A stretch of 54,306 nt of DNA, taken from the NCBI GenBank assembly GCA_013265495.1, contig MU058452.1, positions 372,001 to 426,306 of the forward strand, written 5' to 3'. This document shows, piece by piece, positions 24,617 through 37,096 of this stretch. The DNA is from Vicugna vicugna (Eukaryota). A program made the position numbers and the translations under genes. Positions within the stretch are counted from its first letter, which is position 1; every line of letters starts with the position of its first letter. The notes under the pieces were generated by a model, which saw only the letters and a list, made by a program, of their open reading frames with translations, was not told where the DNA came from and made no database searches.

Positions 24617-24698
<82 letters not shown>
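24617..24698. repeat. (TG)n(TA)n compound microsatellite
   Basis: ~80 bp of alternating purine-pyrimidine sequence. Confidence 0.97.
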
Positions 24699-24700
<2 letters not shown>

Positions 24701-24711
24701 TGTCTAATACA

Positions 24712-25160
24712 AAAGTCATCTTGAGTGTCTCCAAACCTTTAACATATATACTTGTCTAATATTAAACTCATAATTTCCCATCCACTCTCTTAGCCCTCTG
24801 CCAGTTCCCAATAAATGGTATCACCATCCGATCTGGTCAGATAAATCACAAAAGAGTCATCCTTGCTTCTTCCCTCCCCTTCATCTAACTCAGCTAAACC
24901 ATCTGCACCTTTAGTTTTTGCATATCTACAACCGACCTCTTAAATCTTTTGCCTCACTCTAATCCTGGCTACCATCCTATTTCTTGGCTTAATTTTTCAC
25001 CTCCAGTCATTTTTGTCTTCTTCACAGTGTAGTGATCTCTGTGAGCTATCCTTTCAAAACATGCATTTGACTACTTCACTTGACTTGAAAATTCTAGTTT
25101 CTTCTCATTGCTCTCAGGATAAGGAAAGCAATCCCTAAGCTGATCCACGAGACTCACAGT
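24712..25160 (+). mobile_element. L2 LINE fragment (continues the piece at ~23810-23932 across the MLT2)
   Basis: AATAAATGGTATCACCATCC...GAGTCATCCTTGCTTCTTCCCTC...TTCTCATTGCTCTCAGGATAA L2 body motifs. Confidence 0.75.
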
Positions 25161-25589
25161 TCCCCTGGGCCTGCGACACGTATATGCTTGCTGTCCCAGA
25201 GTACTTCTTATTAGCCCCACCTTTCACTCTCAAAGGTATCTAAGTTTGGCCAATCAATTGTATGTTCACTTTTCTCATGACCAGGATTGAAGTGGGCGAG
25301 TTTACATTCTCAGCTGGTGGGCAACAAATGCATTCTCAACTTCTTAAGGAAATATTTTCTGAACAAGCAGATCTATCTTGATTGAGACAAAATACAGGTG
25401 TGAGCAGCGCAGGAGTTATGTTTTTTCAAAAAGTATTTTCCAAAGTTCCCCAGAGAGGAAAGAGGAGGCCAGGGGGCCCTTGACCCAGTGAGTAGGGGAA
25501 AAAAGAGGTTGGTGACAGAAAGCCATTAATTCCTGCACTGTGCGTTTGAGTGATGTGTTTTCTTTACACCTTCAAGTAGTTAAGGTCAG

Positions 25590-25720
25590 CTGGAAGACTG
25601 AAGCCCAGTCCCACCTTCCTGTGACAGTTGTAGACCATGGAAATCCGTCCAAGTCTCTAGATTTCTTTCAGAAATTCAATGTCTCACATTCCATGAAACC
25701 AAAATGTATTATCATTTCAT
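25590..25720 (+). mobile_element. MIR SINE fragment
   Basis: CAAGTCTCTAGATTTCTTTCAGAAATTCAATGTCTCACATTCCATGAAA degenerate MIR core. Confidence 0.4.
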
Positions 25721-28059
25721 GATAAATTTTAAAAGATGGCCTAAGCCTCTGTTTTCGGATGTGAAAAGAGAAAAAAAATTCTAAATAAGCAGTCATGGTT
25801 TGTCATGTTATTGTGTATTACTTGAATGTTGGGCTTTTAGCATATTTAAATGGTTTATTAAGCATTTGTGTCTAAGGATTGCTAACATTTCAGGGAAACC
25901 ATCCACGGAGGCCGTGCTGGGTGGAAGTTTTCTTACCTGCAGCAGGGGGATGATAGAGCGGGATGACAAAGCTTCCATCTCTGAACATAATTGTGAGGAC
26001 TAAGAGATAACTTGTGAAAATTGTATAAAATGTTCTGTGCCAGCTGATAGACCCAGTCTATTCCAAGGCTGTAGGCTGTTTTTATTACTATTTATTGAGT
26101 TTCTAATGTGTAACAAGCCTGCATACGCTTCCTGTATTCTTCATAGTTATGTGTTTCATATTCTTATGGAAAAATCTTCCCACTTAATTATCAACCAAGA
26201 CCTTGGTTGGTAGATATTTAAGGACTAGTAAGCACACATAAGAATATATTTCAAGTTGAGAAATGACAAACCTTCTATCCTTTGACTATAAAGTGAGAAA
26301 ATCATAAAAGAGATGCTTCTGGTCTCTTATAATTGGTCCCCGTCGCCAGCCCTCCAGCCTTATTTCCCTCTGGACTGTGACCCATATACTGATTTCTGCC
26401 CCACACAGTCCTTTAAGTCACATCCACCTTAGTTCTGAGATGTTGCTTCACTGACTGGCAACCATGAACTGTAAATAAAATATAAATTTTTGAAGACTTT
26501 GTAAGATAGTTACATAGAGAAATATCTACAAAGAACAGCACTAAACATGTAAAATAAATGGATATAATGTTTGCTATATTTAAAAAACAATCATTTATGT
26601 ACATCCTTTATTCAATATGCTTTTTGTATGAAAATTTTGATAGGTTGTTCTTATTTCCCCAAGTTCCTTAGACAAATTGACTTTTATTTGCCTCCTATTT
26701 AGATTTTTTTTAATAGCTCTGCCTAGTCGGGAAATTATTTCCTGATTTCTTGTGGTTCATAAATCTGAATTATTTATTTGGTGACCATCCAATTCTTGAT
26801 GTGCTGCGTATGCTAGGCTAAGAACGCAAATATCAGTATGTTTATATCCACTCAAGATCCCTAAAAATTGTCTTGGACCATCGTGGAATTCTGAAACGCA
26901 CTTTGAGACTCAAGCATGTCTGTCTAGTTTGTTATTGTGAAAAAGATCCCCAGAGGAGCTGAGCCTGACCCCGGAATGTTTTCCTTCATTGCTAGAGGGG
27001 GACGCGTTGGGTCCACTCTCATGAGTGCCCCACTGCTCACTGTGTAATTGTTTATTATGATTCCCTGGCAGACCTCTATGATAAATAGTGAAGATTTGCG
27101 TTACATGTAGATACTTACTTTTTATAAATGTAGTCCAGGTTTCTCAGCTCACACCATCCTGGAGGGGTTATAACCAAATGGGTGAGGATAACACTAAAAA
27201 CAGCCATGAAAACCTCCCACAAGCGAAATGGCTGGACTTCTCAGCCCCCATTTAAGACCTTCCCTGATTCCGGCAGAGACCCGGTCAAAGTCAACATCCT
27301 CCACTGTGATGACTGAAACCATTTTTCTATCACAAGTTAGCTTTCTCCCTTCTGTCACTTCCAGGGACCACATTAGTCCTCTACAGTCCCCATGTCTACT
27401 CCCCCACTTTCTGGCCTATTGGTTCCTGGTTTCTCCTGAAGGTGTGGTTGAATCTCAGCTTTGTCATAGTCTCACGGTATCATTCTCTTCATCACTGTCA
27501 TTTTCATGTGCCTGGTCACCCGTGTTGCCACCACCATTGCGGTCGGGGAGAATGCTAACCATGATACAACCATTATTATTAGGCAGAAAAAAAATGAAAG
27601 ACATCTCTCAGTTTCTTTACAACGGATTTATTTGACTGTTTTGTTTTTCTTTTTCAGTTAGTGCCACCACTTCCCCCCAGAACTTGGCACAATCTGTTAG
27701 AAAGACAGAGCAGAAGACACGAGCATCAGTGGAGAACTGAAGGTCAAAGTTGCCCACCCACACCAACATCTAAGCATCCTGACGCCGGATGGCGTGTTTC
27801 AGCTCTCACTTCGCTCAAGTGTGCCACTTCTCCATCCAGTCTAGTTACTGTGGAAGGCAGGGGACGGCCACTGGCATGTCACTGAGAGTTACTGTTCTAG
27901 GGGAGAACTGATAATGTCTATGTATTCAGTTGTTTTAGAGAGTGGGATCTAGATGCATAGGTCATGACACCGGGCACTGATGCTCTGTAAACTCTCCAAA
28001 AGTTCCATCAAATTTCTACCTGATTTATGAAGTTTTTACATGCACTGATCTGCATTTGT

Positions 28060-28549
28060 TGATATACAGGCTAAATTTTGATAATAAAGAGAAACGAAAC
28101 CACAATGACTCAAAGATAGAAGTGACTGTCTTTCATAGTGCAGTCCAGGGCCAGGCAGGAAGTCTGGGTGGGTGCTGGTGGGTCCCGCTAGGTGAGGTTG
28201 AAGAATCCCAGCCTCATCTCTGGTAATAAATCTGGCCGCTCAACTGTTCCTTAACGATGTGGTCAAACCTGGCTAACAAGTTCCATGACCCTGCTCCAAC
28301 CCACAGGAAGGAGGAAGATGAAGTGAGAGGGCAAGGAAGCAAAGAAGGAATTGCCTGCAGGGTGGTCTGTCTACATTCCATTGGCAAGAGCATCCGCGTG
28401 GCCACAGGGGGTCCAAGTACGTCTGAAAAGTGTTGCTTTTACATGGTGGCCATTTGCTACCTAAAACTCAAGATGAGGGGAGTGGATTATGTTACTGAAA
28501 AAAGAAGGGCAGCGGAGTGACTGAATGACAGTTTGCAGCCTTCGTCACA
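28060..28549. mobile_element. Old MaLR/ERVL LTR (MLT1J/K or LTR33-like)
   Basis: ACATTCCATTGGCAAGAGC...GTGGCCACA...GGTGGCCATTTGCTACCTAAAACTC...TTCGTCACA. Confidence 0.6.
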
Positions 28550-28949
28550 GTACCGTGGGGAGATGCCCACTGGGTGGACTGTTAAGCTAAGCAGTGCATG
28601 TGGGCATGACTGTAACGCCTCAGAATAATGTCAGACCTTGGCTTGCAGATTCCCTAAGTATGTCATGCCGTGGTGGCTTACTGGAACAGCTAGACAGGCA
28701 GTATGGAAGGATCAACAAGCCTGCAGGGGCATGACGGTAGATGCTTCCTGGATGTGATCAGACACTCTCGAGGTTGTCTGTCTTCTAATTTCCTTTCCCC
28801 CTGTGAAAAATTCTGGAGTTCCAAACAGTGCTGACGACACAAAAACATGGTGAATGACGAATGTCGTAACCCTGTGGCCACAATGACAAGTAGGATGAAC
28901 AAGGCGGCTCCCCACAAGAAACAGAAGTGGGGAGAGGGGGAGAAAATAA

Positions 28950-29340
28950 TTGCAAGTCATGAAATGATTGCTAATGTGTGAAAGATTGTGGAGGAGATGT
29001 AGAGGGTGCTTATAGTACGTGTGTGTCATGAATAATCTAATCCAGCCTAAGGTCATGAAAGGCTTTTCCAAGGAAGTGATGTTTCGGTTCAGTCCCACAG
29101 GGTGGGTGAGGATTAGTGGGGCTAACACGAAAAAGGTTAAGGGGTGAAACAGCATATATGAACTCAGGAGGGTAAGCTGAGAAACTTAGATTCTTTTAAG
29201 TCTCATGTTTCTCATCTAGAAAATGGGGCCAAAAATGCTTCCCTCCGAAGGCCGTTGTGAGGGTTAAGTTAAACAGTTCAGGTAAAGGTGGAATAACAAG
29301 GCAGGCAAGAGGTAAAGTGCACCGGCTGGTAGTTTTTATG
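28950..29340. mobile_element. L2 fragment followed by MIR
   Basis: GGTCATGAAAGGCTTTTCCAAGGAAGTGATGTTT (L2); TCTCATGTTTCTCATCTAGAAAATGGGG...TTGTGAGGGTTAAGT (MIR). Confidence 0.65.
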
Positions 29341-29589
29341 TTACATTATCAACATTCATTCCATTCACCCAGGATGCTGAAGATGGGTTTCCACAAATGC
29401 AGTCCCTCATCTGACACTGGAAACATCTTGACGTGTCTTAATGCCATATGTATATATCCATGACACATCACTTAGCCAGCAGGAACGAGAAGCCAGAGAG
29501 CAAGACTGAAAAAACAGGAGTTTTGGAGTTAAATAGTTACATCAACTCAAAGTAACAGTGTATCCAGTTAATGATGGTTATAATAGTAA

Positions 29590-30018
29590 AAGTATTTAAT
29601 TATCTCCTCATCCAGAAAGACCAAAGATAGTTGGTTTTTTGGTCACTGCGGTAGCTCCATGATGTCATTAGGGACTTTCCAATGTTCGGTTCCACTTTCC
29701 CCTGTATTGCCTCTTGATTACAATATGGTTGCCACAGATCCAGGAAACTCAACCCTCCCCAAATGCATTCAAGACAGAAAGTGAACGCCACATGCAAAAG
29801 GAGTTTGGTGTTTATCAGCAAGCAAAAATCTTTCCCTGGAGCTTCCTAACAGATTTTTTTCCTTGTATAATTGTCCACTTCCAGCTGTGAGTGACACTAG
29901 AAAAGTCACCAAGCTGTAAGTGGCCTGGGGTTGGCCATGTTACTGCTCTGGAAAAAAAATGAGCCGGAGAGGAAGTGAGTTGTGGCTATTGAAAGTGCAA
30001 CTAGCAATGTCTATCACA
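29590..30018. mobile_element. Old MaLR LTR (MLT1-like)
   Basis: GCTCCATGATGTCATTAGGGAC...CAATATGGTTGCCACAGATCCAGG...AAAATCTTTCCCTGGAGC...GCAATGTCTATCACA. Confidence 0.55.
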
Positions 30019-30189
30019 ATGGCTTGAAGATGATTGGAAGGGGGTGATGCTGGGTGGATTTCCGAGGCTGACACAAGAAGAATGAGCCGGAAATAAAAGT
30101 ATGCGTGGAAACTATCACTACAGCATTTCAACTTTACTTATGTGGGGAAGGATGAAGCAGATTTTGATTCAAGACAACAGTTTTTCAAA

Positions 30190-30735
30190 GATCTTGGAGC
30201 TTTTTATATATTATTTCATTTAATCCTCACAAAATCCTGGAGAGGAGAGCATGATGCTTTACCACAGATAAGAAATCCCCAGTTCCTTGAGCCTCAGTTC
30301 CTGGGTTCAAGGTCACATGTTGGGTAAAGGGCAGAATTGAGATCCCCATCCAAGTAAGTCTAAAATAATTCCAAGTGATGGGTTTTCTAAGAAAGATGAT
30401 TTCTCCAAATGATGAAAGAGCTGATCTTAAATAAATGTACAAATGTAATTCGAAGAGACTTAGACCTGTACGAGCTTGAGGTGCAATAATTAATATGAGC
30501 TGGGATATTTTGAGCACCGACCTATGGGTCAGGCACAATTCTAAGTTCGTTAACTATAGACAAATATCTTAATGATATTGCTACTACCTATATAGCCCCC
30601 CCCATTTTATAGACCAAGACAGAGACAATTACACCACGGGACCAAGCCCACTTAGCTGGGGCTTTGAATGGCAAAGGTTTACCGCGAGTCTGTCTGACTC
30701 TAGAACCGAGTTCCATTAGCCACCATGCAGCCTCC
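30190..30735 (-). mobile_element. Two MIR SINEs
   Basis: TTTCATTTAATCCTCACAA...CAAGGTCACA (30190-30370); CCCCCATTTTATAGACCAAGACAGA...CTGTCTGACTCTAGAACC (30500-30735). Confidence 0.75.
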
Positions 30736-32266
30736 TCTGAAGGGTTCCCAGTCATTGCTGTGAGCTCTGGAACGTTTTCTTCAACCATCCGTGCTCCTGG
30801 GGGGTCCCTTCAGAGTGAAACCCAGCAAGTGTACGGTGTCCACATAGTGCCTGCCGGTGGGCTGGATCTCCACCCTGCATCAGGACAGGACCCCTACTAG
30901 GAAATAAGAACTCATATTAGGATGAGCTCCAGAGGACAAAAGTTGATGAAAGAAAACAAAGGAAACCCTAATAATTGAATAGCTCACCAGAACAAACAAA
31001 CAAGCCAACAGAGAACTTTTCCAAATCAGTTACTACATAGAGTTATTCCAATGAGAAATATAATCACTCTTCTGTTTTAAAAATTCGTCATAGATAAGCA
31101 ACCATTTTGGGAGAAGAGAATGGCAAATCTTTGTAGTTTGAGATATTCAAGGTTCCCATTCGAGTTCAGTTTCAAGAGTTTCTAACTAGAACTGTGTCCT
31201 GGGGTTACTGTTCGGGGGTGGGGGGTGTCCGTGTAAAGCTGACATATTTCCTAGGTGTATTAGGATAAGAGTTAGCCATTGTAACAAAGAACACAATGCA
31301 ATTCAGACATTTAGGAAAGATGGCTTAGCCAAATTTGCAGGAAGAAGCGGCAATTTTCCCCATCACCAGGAGGTAGTGGAATTCAGGTGACGCAGCTCTT
31401 CACAGAAATAACGAACCACAACGATCCACTGGCTGTAGTCCTCAAGTTCTCAAAAGGCCAGGTCAAGGTTTAGACGGTGCTGAAAGTTAACAGATCTGTT
31501 TGTTCCTGTGATCTCTAATGCTAATCCCAATTTTCTATTTAATTTTCTTGAAAGGTGATAGTGGACAGAATGGGTCATCACCACCATCAAAGGAACTGGG
31601 ATAGCAAAATATGTCAAGAAATACACAGTCAAGTGTGCAATAAAGTAAAATTGCCCTTCAAACTGAGTCTATGTCTTTATGGGATTAAAAAAAAGAGAGA
31701 GAGAGAGAGGATTCCGAAGGCTTGCAGAATTGATTTTGGTAATCATGTCATGAGTGAGATGAATGAGAGGATAAGTCGTGCTGGGGTGGAGAGGTGAGTT
31801 TTTCTCCCATCTTTAAGGACGGATTCACACATTGAAGAGGCAAAGAGACAGCAAACGATTTCTAAAAGTCCAAATTAAGAGCCTTTTGTCTGACAGTATT
31901 CACATTTGCATTGTATTTTCTTTGTGAAGGTTTTGCCCTTGATCTTTCTCCTGCTAGAACAGCAATTCACAATTGAACCGTTGGAAATAATCCACATTGA
32001 AGTAAGACACGGGGTGTCACTCCCCAGGTCACCGAGAGCCGGCGCTCGGTGGAGTTAGACGGAGGAGCCGGGCATTTGTAGTCATGTTCTCAGCTGATTA
32101 AACTCATTCAGGGCCAGGCTGCCAGAACAAAAACAGAAACATAACCTCCCGTCTTCTGCCCCAATTTTCTTTCTTTTTTGAGCAAGCAAACAGACACAGA
32201 ACAGTAGAAACATATCTACTCTCACAGTGAGGAAAGGAAATGGGAAGAAAATGATGTATGTATACC

Positions 32267-32293
32267 AGTGTATGTGTGTGTGTGTGTGTGTGT
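32267..32293. repeat. (TG)n microsatellite
   Basis: Direct. Confidence 0.95.
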
Positions 32294-33202
32294 ACACATA
32301 AGAGATTACATTTACTAGTTAACATTACTTAGGCAAAAAAAGAAAGTATATGGCAAAATGTTTTACAGCTTAAAATTAATCATATAACTTATAAATATAA
32401 ATAATAATAATGTCAAAATTTAGCTTCAAAAATGGTGGCTTGGTTTCTCTTTCCGAAACCAAACTGCAGCATGGAAACTGATAATTCAATTTAAATCGCT
32501 TGGCAAGAATTATCAGGATGGATAAAAAATATTGAGAGGAAATAAATCGACCAATAGTTGTCATAATTCTCACCTCTATGTGATGTGGCAGGAGTTTTTA
32601 TAGGCGTAGTTCATTTTTCCAGTTTAAAATGAGACTAAAATTCATTTAAATTCATTTGAAGAAATTTCCATTTGAAAAAAAAATACACCAAGATATTAAC
32701 TGGGGTTATTTCTGGAACTGGAAATCATGTATAAAACGTGTTTTCTTCTCGATACACTTCTGTATTTTCCAAGTTCTGTATAATAAGCTTGTGCTACTTA
32801 AATAACAATCGAGTCATCAAGACAAGTTATTTTAAAGGGATAAACTGTTCAACATTGTATTTTCTTTGCATTGAGAAGAAAGCAGTTGTATTGAATCCAA
32901 TAAAAGATTAAAAGGGTTCATTTTCACTCAGTAAATTACCTAAATTCAGAAAACAGACATCCGAATCAGATACTACATCATAACTGAGGCTGTAAATGGT
33001 TGTTTGGGGGGGAGGATATGTGCATAACATTATACAGGGACATGCACATGACATGTTGAAATTCTTCATGAATTGTTTAATTTTTCAAATGTCTTCTCCT
33101 GTTACCCAACAACTTTAAGAAAATTATTGTTTTGTTGTTTTTCATTTGTGTAAAAAAAAATTTGTATCTCTTTTTGAACTTCACAACTTGCCTATTCCTT
33201 CT

Positions 33203-33254
33203 TTTTTTTTAACATTTTTTATTGATTTATAATAATTTACAATGTTGTGTCAAA
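33203..33254 (-). mobile_element. Minimal (~50 bp) young camelid-type L1 3' end with 15-bp TSD
   Basis: T-tract + AACATTTTTTATTGATTTATAATAATTTACAATGTTGTGTCAAA; TTGCCTATT(C/T)CTTCT at 33188-33202 and 33255-33269. Confidence 0.85.
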
Positions 33255-33649
33255 TTGCCTATTTCTTCTGTGTGTACAAAGTTAGTTTCGGCTTCACGGG
33301 CATTCAGTGCATGTAGATTTGAACGTGCCTTCTCCCGGTTTAGTACGTACAGGGATTTTGGAAGAGTCTCACATACTGACTCCTTATAAATCGTAGACAC
33401 TAGTTCTGTCCTGGATCTGTGGTCCCTTCCCCCACCAATCTGCTTCATTCTTTTACCATCATTTAAAATCTCCTTATCTTGTAAGGACTTACAGAGACTC
33501 TCTCCAACTGTAACTTCAGGGACAGATTAAGTTTGCTTCTCAAACCCATTCATCATCAGAGATATGTTTTTGTTAGTGTTTTCTTTTGTAAATCATTTTA
33601 TTATTGTAAGGTGCCTCTCGATGCTGGCATGATAATGGGTGATATAAAT

Positions 33650-34560
33650 GATTTTGCCTATATTTGTGTTGTATATACTTTATTGTAATAGCTCACGCGG
33701 GTCAAAAGCAGCTAATATTATTCCGATTAATTCCTGTCCAGACGCTCATAAACTGTCCTTTAATTTGCCGACAGAAAACAGAGTCATAGGAAGCATAACC
33801 TTTCCCGGGCTGCAGGAACCACATCCTGAAGGATGCCCGCCTCACCGCATCCTTCAAAGCAGCAGACCTCGCCATCTAAGAGTCAGCAGCCCGCTTTCTA
33901 TGCGTGGCACAGGTAGCCAGCCAGCGCCTGCCAGTTGGCATGCGGCTCTTCAAAAGCCAAACACAAAGCCGAATCCTCCAACACAGTTTCAGACAAACAC
34001 TCATTTTATTTACTCATATTCGTCTCCCCAGAAGGAAAAAAAAAAATAAAGGAGGAGAAAATAGCTTGCTTAATCCCAATACTAACACAACATTGATTCA
34101 CATTCATGTTCTGTATTTATTGACGTGCGTGGCATACAATGGGGGCTCTCATTTAGGCTGCTGTGTTCGGGGGGCGATGGGGCGGGGGGCGCCATCACAT
34201 TAGAGAGAGAGATGAGGCACACAGTTTATACAGCCCTAATTTTATGTAATGTAAACCTTTCAAACACTGTGCATGGGAGTGAAAATGCATGTCCTAATGA
34301 AAAACCCAATGCATACCAAATGGGTTTATCTTAAAGCTCATTATGGCCGCATAGTCTCTGTCCTCCGCAGCAGTCCGCCATTATTTCCTAAACTTGTGTG
34401 ATGAAATTAACTTCTTTGGCTTTGCAACAGCTTTCTGTATATCTCATTAACCAACTGTACATGCTTTTGTGCTGGAGAGCAGAGCACGGGGTTTTGCTCC
34501 GTGACATCTAGTGTTCAGTGTTTTGAAATTATGCAGGTCCCATAATGCTGTAGGCTAACT
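33650..34560. promoter_or_regulatory. Candidate conserved non-coding element (enhancer)
   Basis: ~0.9 kb with no recognisable repeat, CpGs retained, dense TAAT/CATAAA/TTATGG homeobox cores, TGCGTGGCA twice (33901, 34126), CTCF-like site 34501-34515 on the minus strand. Confidence 0.55.
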
Positions 34561-35689
34561 GTATACAGAGCTGGAGTGTGTAGTGAACACCAGACTGCAT
34601 AGATGTATTACTAGCATATGGCTTCTGCAAGAAGAAAGCAGATATGAAAAACACCGCACTCTTTTTTTTTTTTTTTCCTTTTGGCCCCTTGGAAATTTTT
34701 ATTGCCTCGTGGCAGCTGTATTTAATAAAATATTAGTAGCCACTTGAGGTTTAAAGGTGTAACACAATTCCATTTCAATATAACAATTCCATAAATTCAA
34801 ATATGAAAACTTCATAGCAGCATGATATGACTATAATTAAAAAAAAAAAAACTTGGTATGTGCTTTCAAAAAACAAATTTAAGGCACAATGTACCTGCAG
34901 TCTAATCTATAAAGTGGAGTTTGGGTGATTATTCACATGTTTGAAAGTTGGAAGTAATTCTAGAGACCTCTGTAACTGAGACGGATGGTTTAATTTGTTG
35001 TGTTTTTTTTTTTAAATTGTTATACCAGCAACAAAGTCGTCTGCCCACTGCCTGCAGAAAAGTTCCCTTCCTTTCCTTATTGTCTTCTTCATGCCCCTTG
35101 GAGTCTTCTTTCTTTCCAGACTCTCAAGAATGAAAGTGCTTAAGAAGCTGTCAAGCACCATGCGAATCTTAAGCTTGATTGTTGTAATTTGCAGGTTCAT
35201 AAAGCAATATTACACCCCCTTACCCACCCTGCCCAATTGATTCTGGCACAGTCAGGGCCCTGGAGAGGCAGAGACACAGATGGACTTAGCAGCTTTGGGT
35301 AGGAAAATGTTTGGATGACCCCCTTGATGGATGAAATTATCAAGAGAAAATGGAGGAAGAAATAGCTCTTTACAGAAGGGAGGCTGTATCTTCATAGATA
35401 TCCGGCAAAGAATCTAGAGAAAACACGACATAAGCCTTGAGAGACCCTAGTTCATTCAAAGGATGTACGTCTTTGGGTGGGGCTGGAGCATAAGCAGAGT
35501 TTGTAATGCCTTTCAAAGGAATCATCTAAGCCACAGAGGAGTTTTGATTGCTTGGCTCAGTGTTTTTAAAATAGTATTTAATTGCTGCAGATTTCTCACT
35601 CTCTTTCTGGTTTATCATAGTTGCCCTGACTCCCTCTCAGCTGATACCTGCCGGAGCACCCTGGAGACATTCTAGGTCAAGACTCTTGA

Positions 35690-36520
35690 TTTAAGACATG
35701 GAGACATAAAGGAGAGGAGATGGACGCCTGTCAGAGTAGTGGGCAGCTAGGTGAAAGGGTAAAATGGTATTAGATCAAGACAGTAACTCTCCTGGCGCAT
35801 TCAATGGGGGGACCATGAAGAATTCCAAGCATGGTATACCATTTACTTTAAGGGTTATTTGGGGCAGTAAAGAGAATGGTATGGAAGAGCAGGGAATTCA
35901 GCTCAGGAATCTTTTGAAATGGCCCCAGGGAGAGAAAGAGAGAGAGAGAGAGAGAGATGATGATGATGATGACGATGATGATGATGATAACGATGATGAT
36001 GATGGTGATGATGATGGAGGAGAGATTAAAGGCAGCATCAGGGCACACAGAGAAGGTAAGAATTCTGGACATGTTAGTGAAGTAGGACCAATAAAAGTTG
36101 GTATTCCCTGAAAGGAAGACCCAGAGGGGAAGGGAAAGTTTCCTATAACTTCAAATATGCAACTTAAAGTATGAAAATGAACAAAGAGCAACTAACAGAG
36201 GTGGAGAAGAATCTGAGGAAGGTGATGGTGAGTTTTAGGTACAGGTGAGATGTCAAGGGGAGAGAACCAACTCAGAACCAGAGTGGAACTTTGGAGGGCA
36301 GTCTTGGCAGGAGATGAAGTCTTCATGGTGAATTGTAGGAACGTCAGCGATCAACCTCACTTGGGAAAATAACACCTGATGAGGAGGGAAAGGGGCAAAG
36401 GATGGCACCCCTGGGAATAGCAACATTCAAACATTGAGTGAATGAGGAGGGAAAAACAGAGACTGAGAAAGAATAAACATAAAGAAGGTGGAGAATCAAG
36501 AGAGAGGATGTAAGGTGATA
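35690..36520 (-). mobile_element. Degraded L2 LINE
   Basis: Purine-rich L2 body motifs (GATGGTGAGTTTTAG...GTGAGATGTCAAG; CCCTGGGAATAGCAACATTCAA). Confidence 0.6.
35930..36015 (+). repeat. (GA)n + (GAT)n compound microsatellite
   Basis: Direct; explains the poly-D, poly-I and poly-S ORFs. Confidence 0.97.
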
Positions 36521-37032
36521 CAGAAGTGCACGGCTTAATACTGCCTTCCATCGTTTACGATCCCAGGGAGGTGGATTTCCAGAGGAAATAATACTCTAAT
36601 TCTCAGCTCCTTCCTTTCTTTCCATTTGATGTTTTGGTCTATAAATTGATTTAATGTTTAGCCATATGAACAAAGCCCACTTTGAACAACTGAGAACAGT
36701 TCTTTCTAGACAAGCTAGCCCCTAAAAGCAGCTTTGCTGGAACAGCCTCTTTGTTTTGAGATGCATTTCACTCCTGTGGTGTGTGGACTCGATTACAATG
36801 TTCTAAGTGACCCCATTGCTGATTTATTTTCTTCCAAATGCTATGATAAGGCTGACGCTCAGGAAACAGGACTTGAGAAGTTCAGAATTTAAATCAAGAT
36901 GAACTTTAAAATGTAGGATTTGAACCAAATTCCAATCTCTAATCCCAGGAAAGAAGAATCACATGGCTCAGTCAGGTTGGACTGTGTTTTACCACAAACT
37001 TCTCCAAACGTGGGTCAGGAACAGATATTACT

Positions 37033-37046
37033 GTTGCTATGGCAAC
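37033..37046. promoter_or_regulatory. RFX X-box motif
   Basis: GTTGCTATGGCAAC, one mismatch from the palindrome GTTGCCATGGCAAC; motif match only. Confidence 0.45.
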
Positions 37047-37057
37047 TTCTGAGCTTT

Positions 37058-37062
<5 letters not shown>

Positions 37063-37091
<29 letters not shown>
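37063..37091. repeat. (TG)n microsatellite
   Basis: Direct. Confidence 0.97.

Positions 37092-37096
<5 letters not shown>

Larger units (their letters stand above)
23933..24711 (+). mobile_element. ERVL solo LTR (MLT2B-type), interrupted by a retroposed insert
   Basis: ATGTGTCAACTTGACTGGGCCA...GATGAGATTAACATT...GCAGATTGCCCT...AATCAGTTGAAGGCCTGA...CCTGTCTAATACA; (TG)n(TA)n near the 3' end as usual for MLT2. Confidence 0.9.

Noticed and set aside
35764..36191. Acidic poly-Asp and poly-Ser ORFs
   Set aside because: Translation of a (GA)n(GAT)n microsatellite inside an L2
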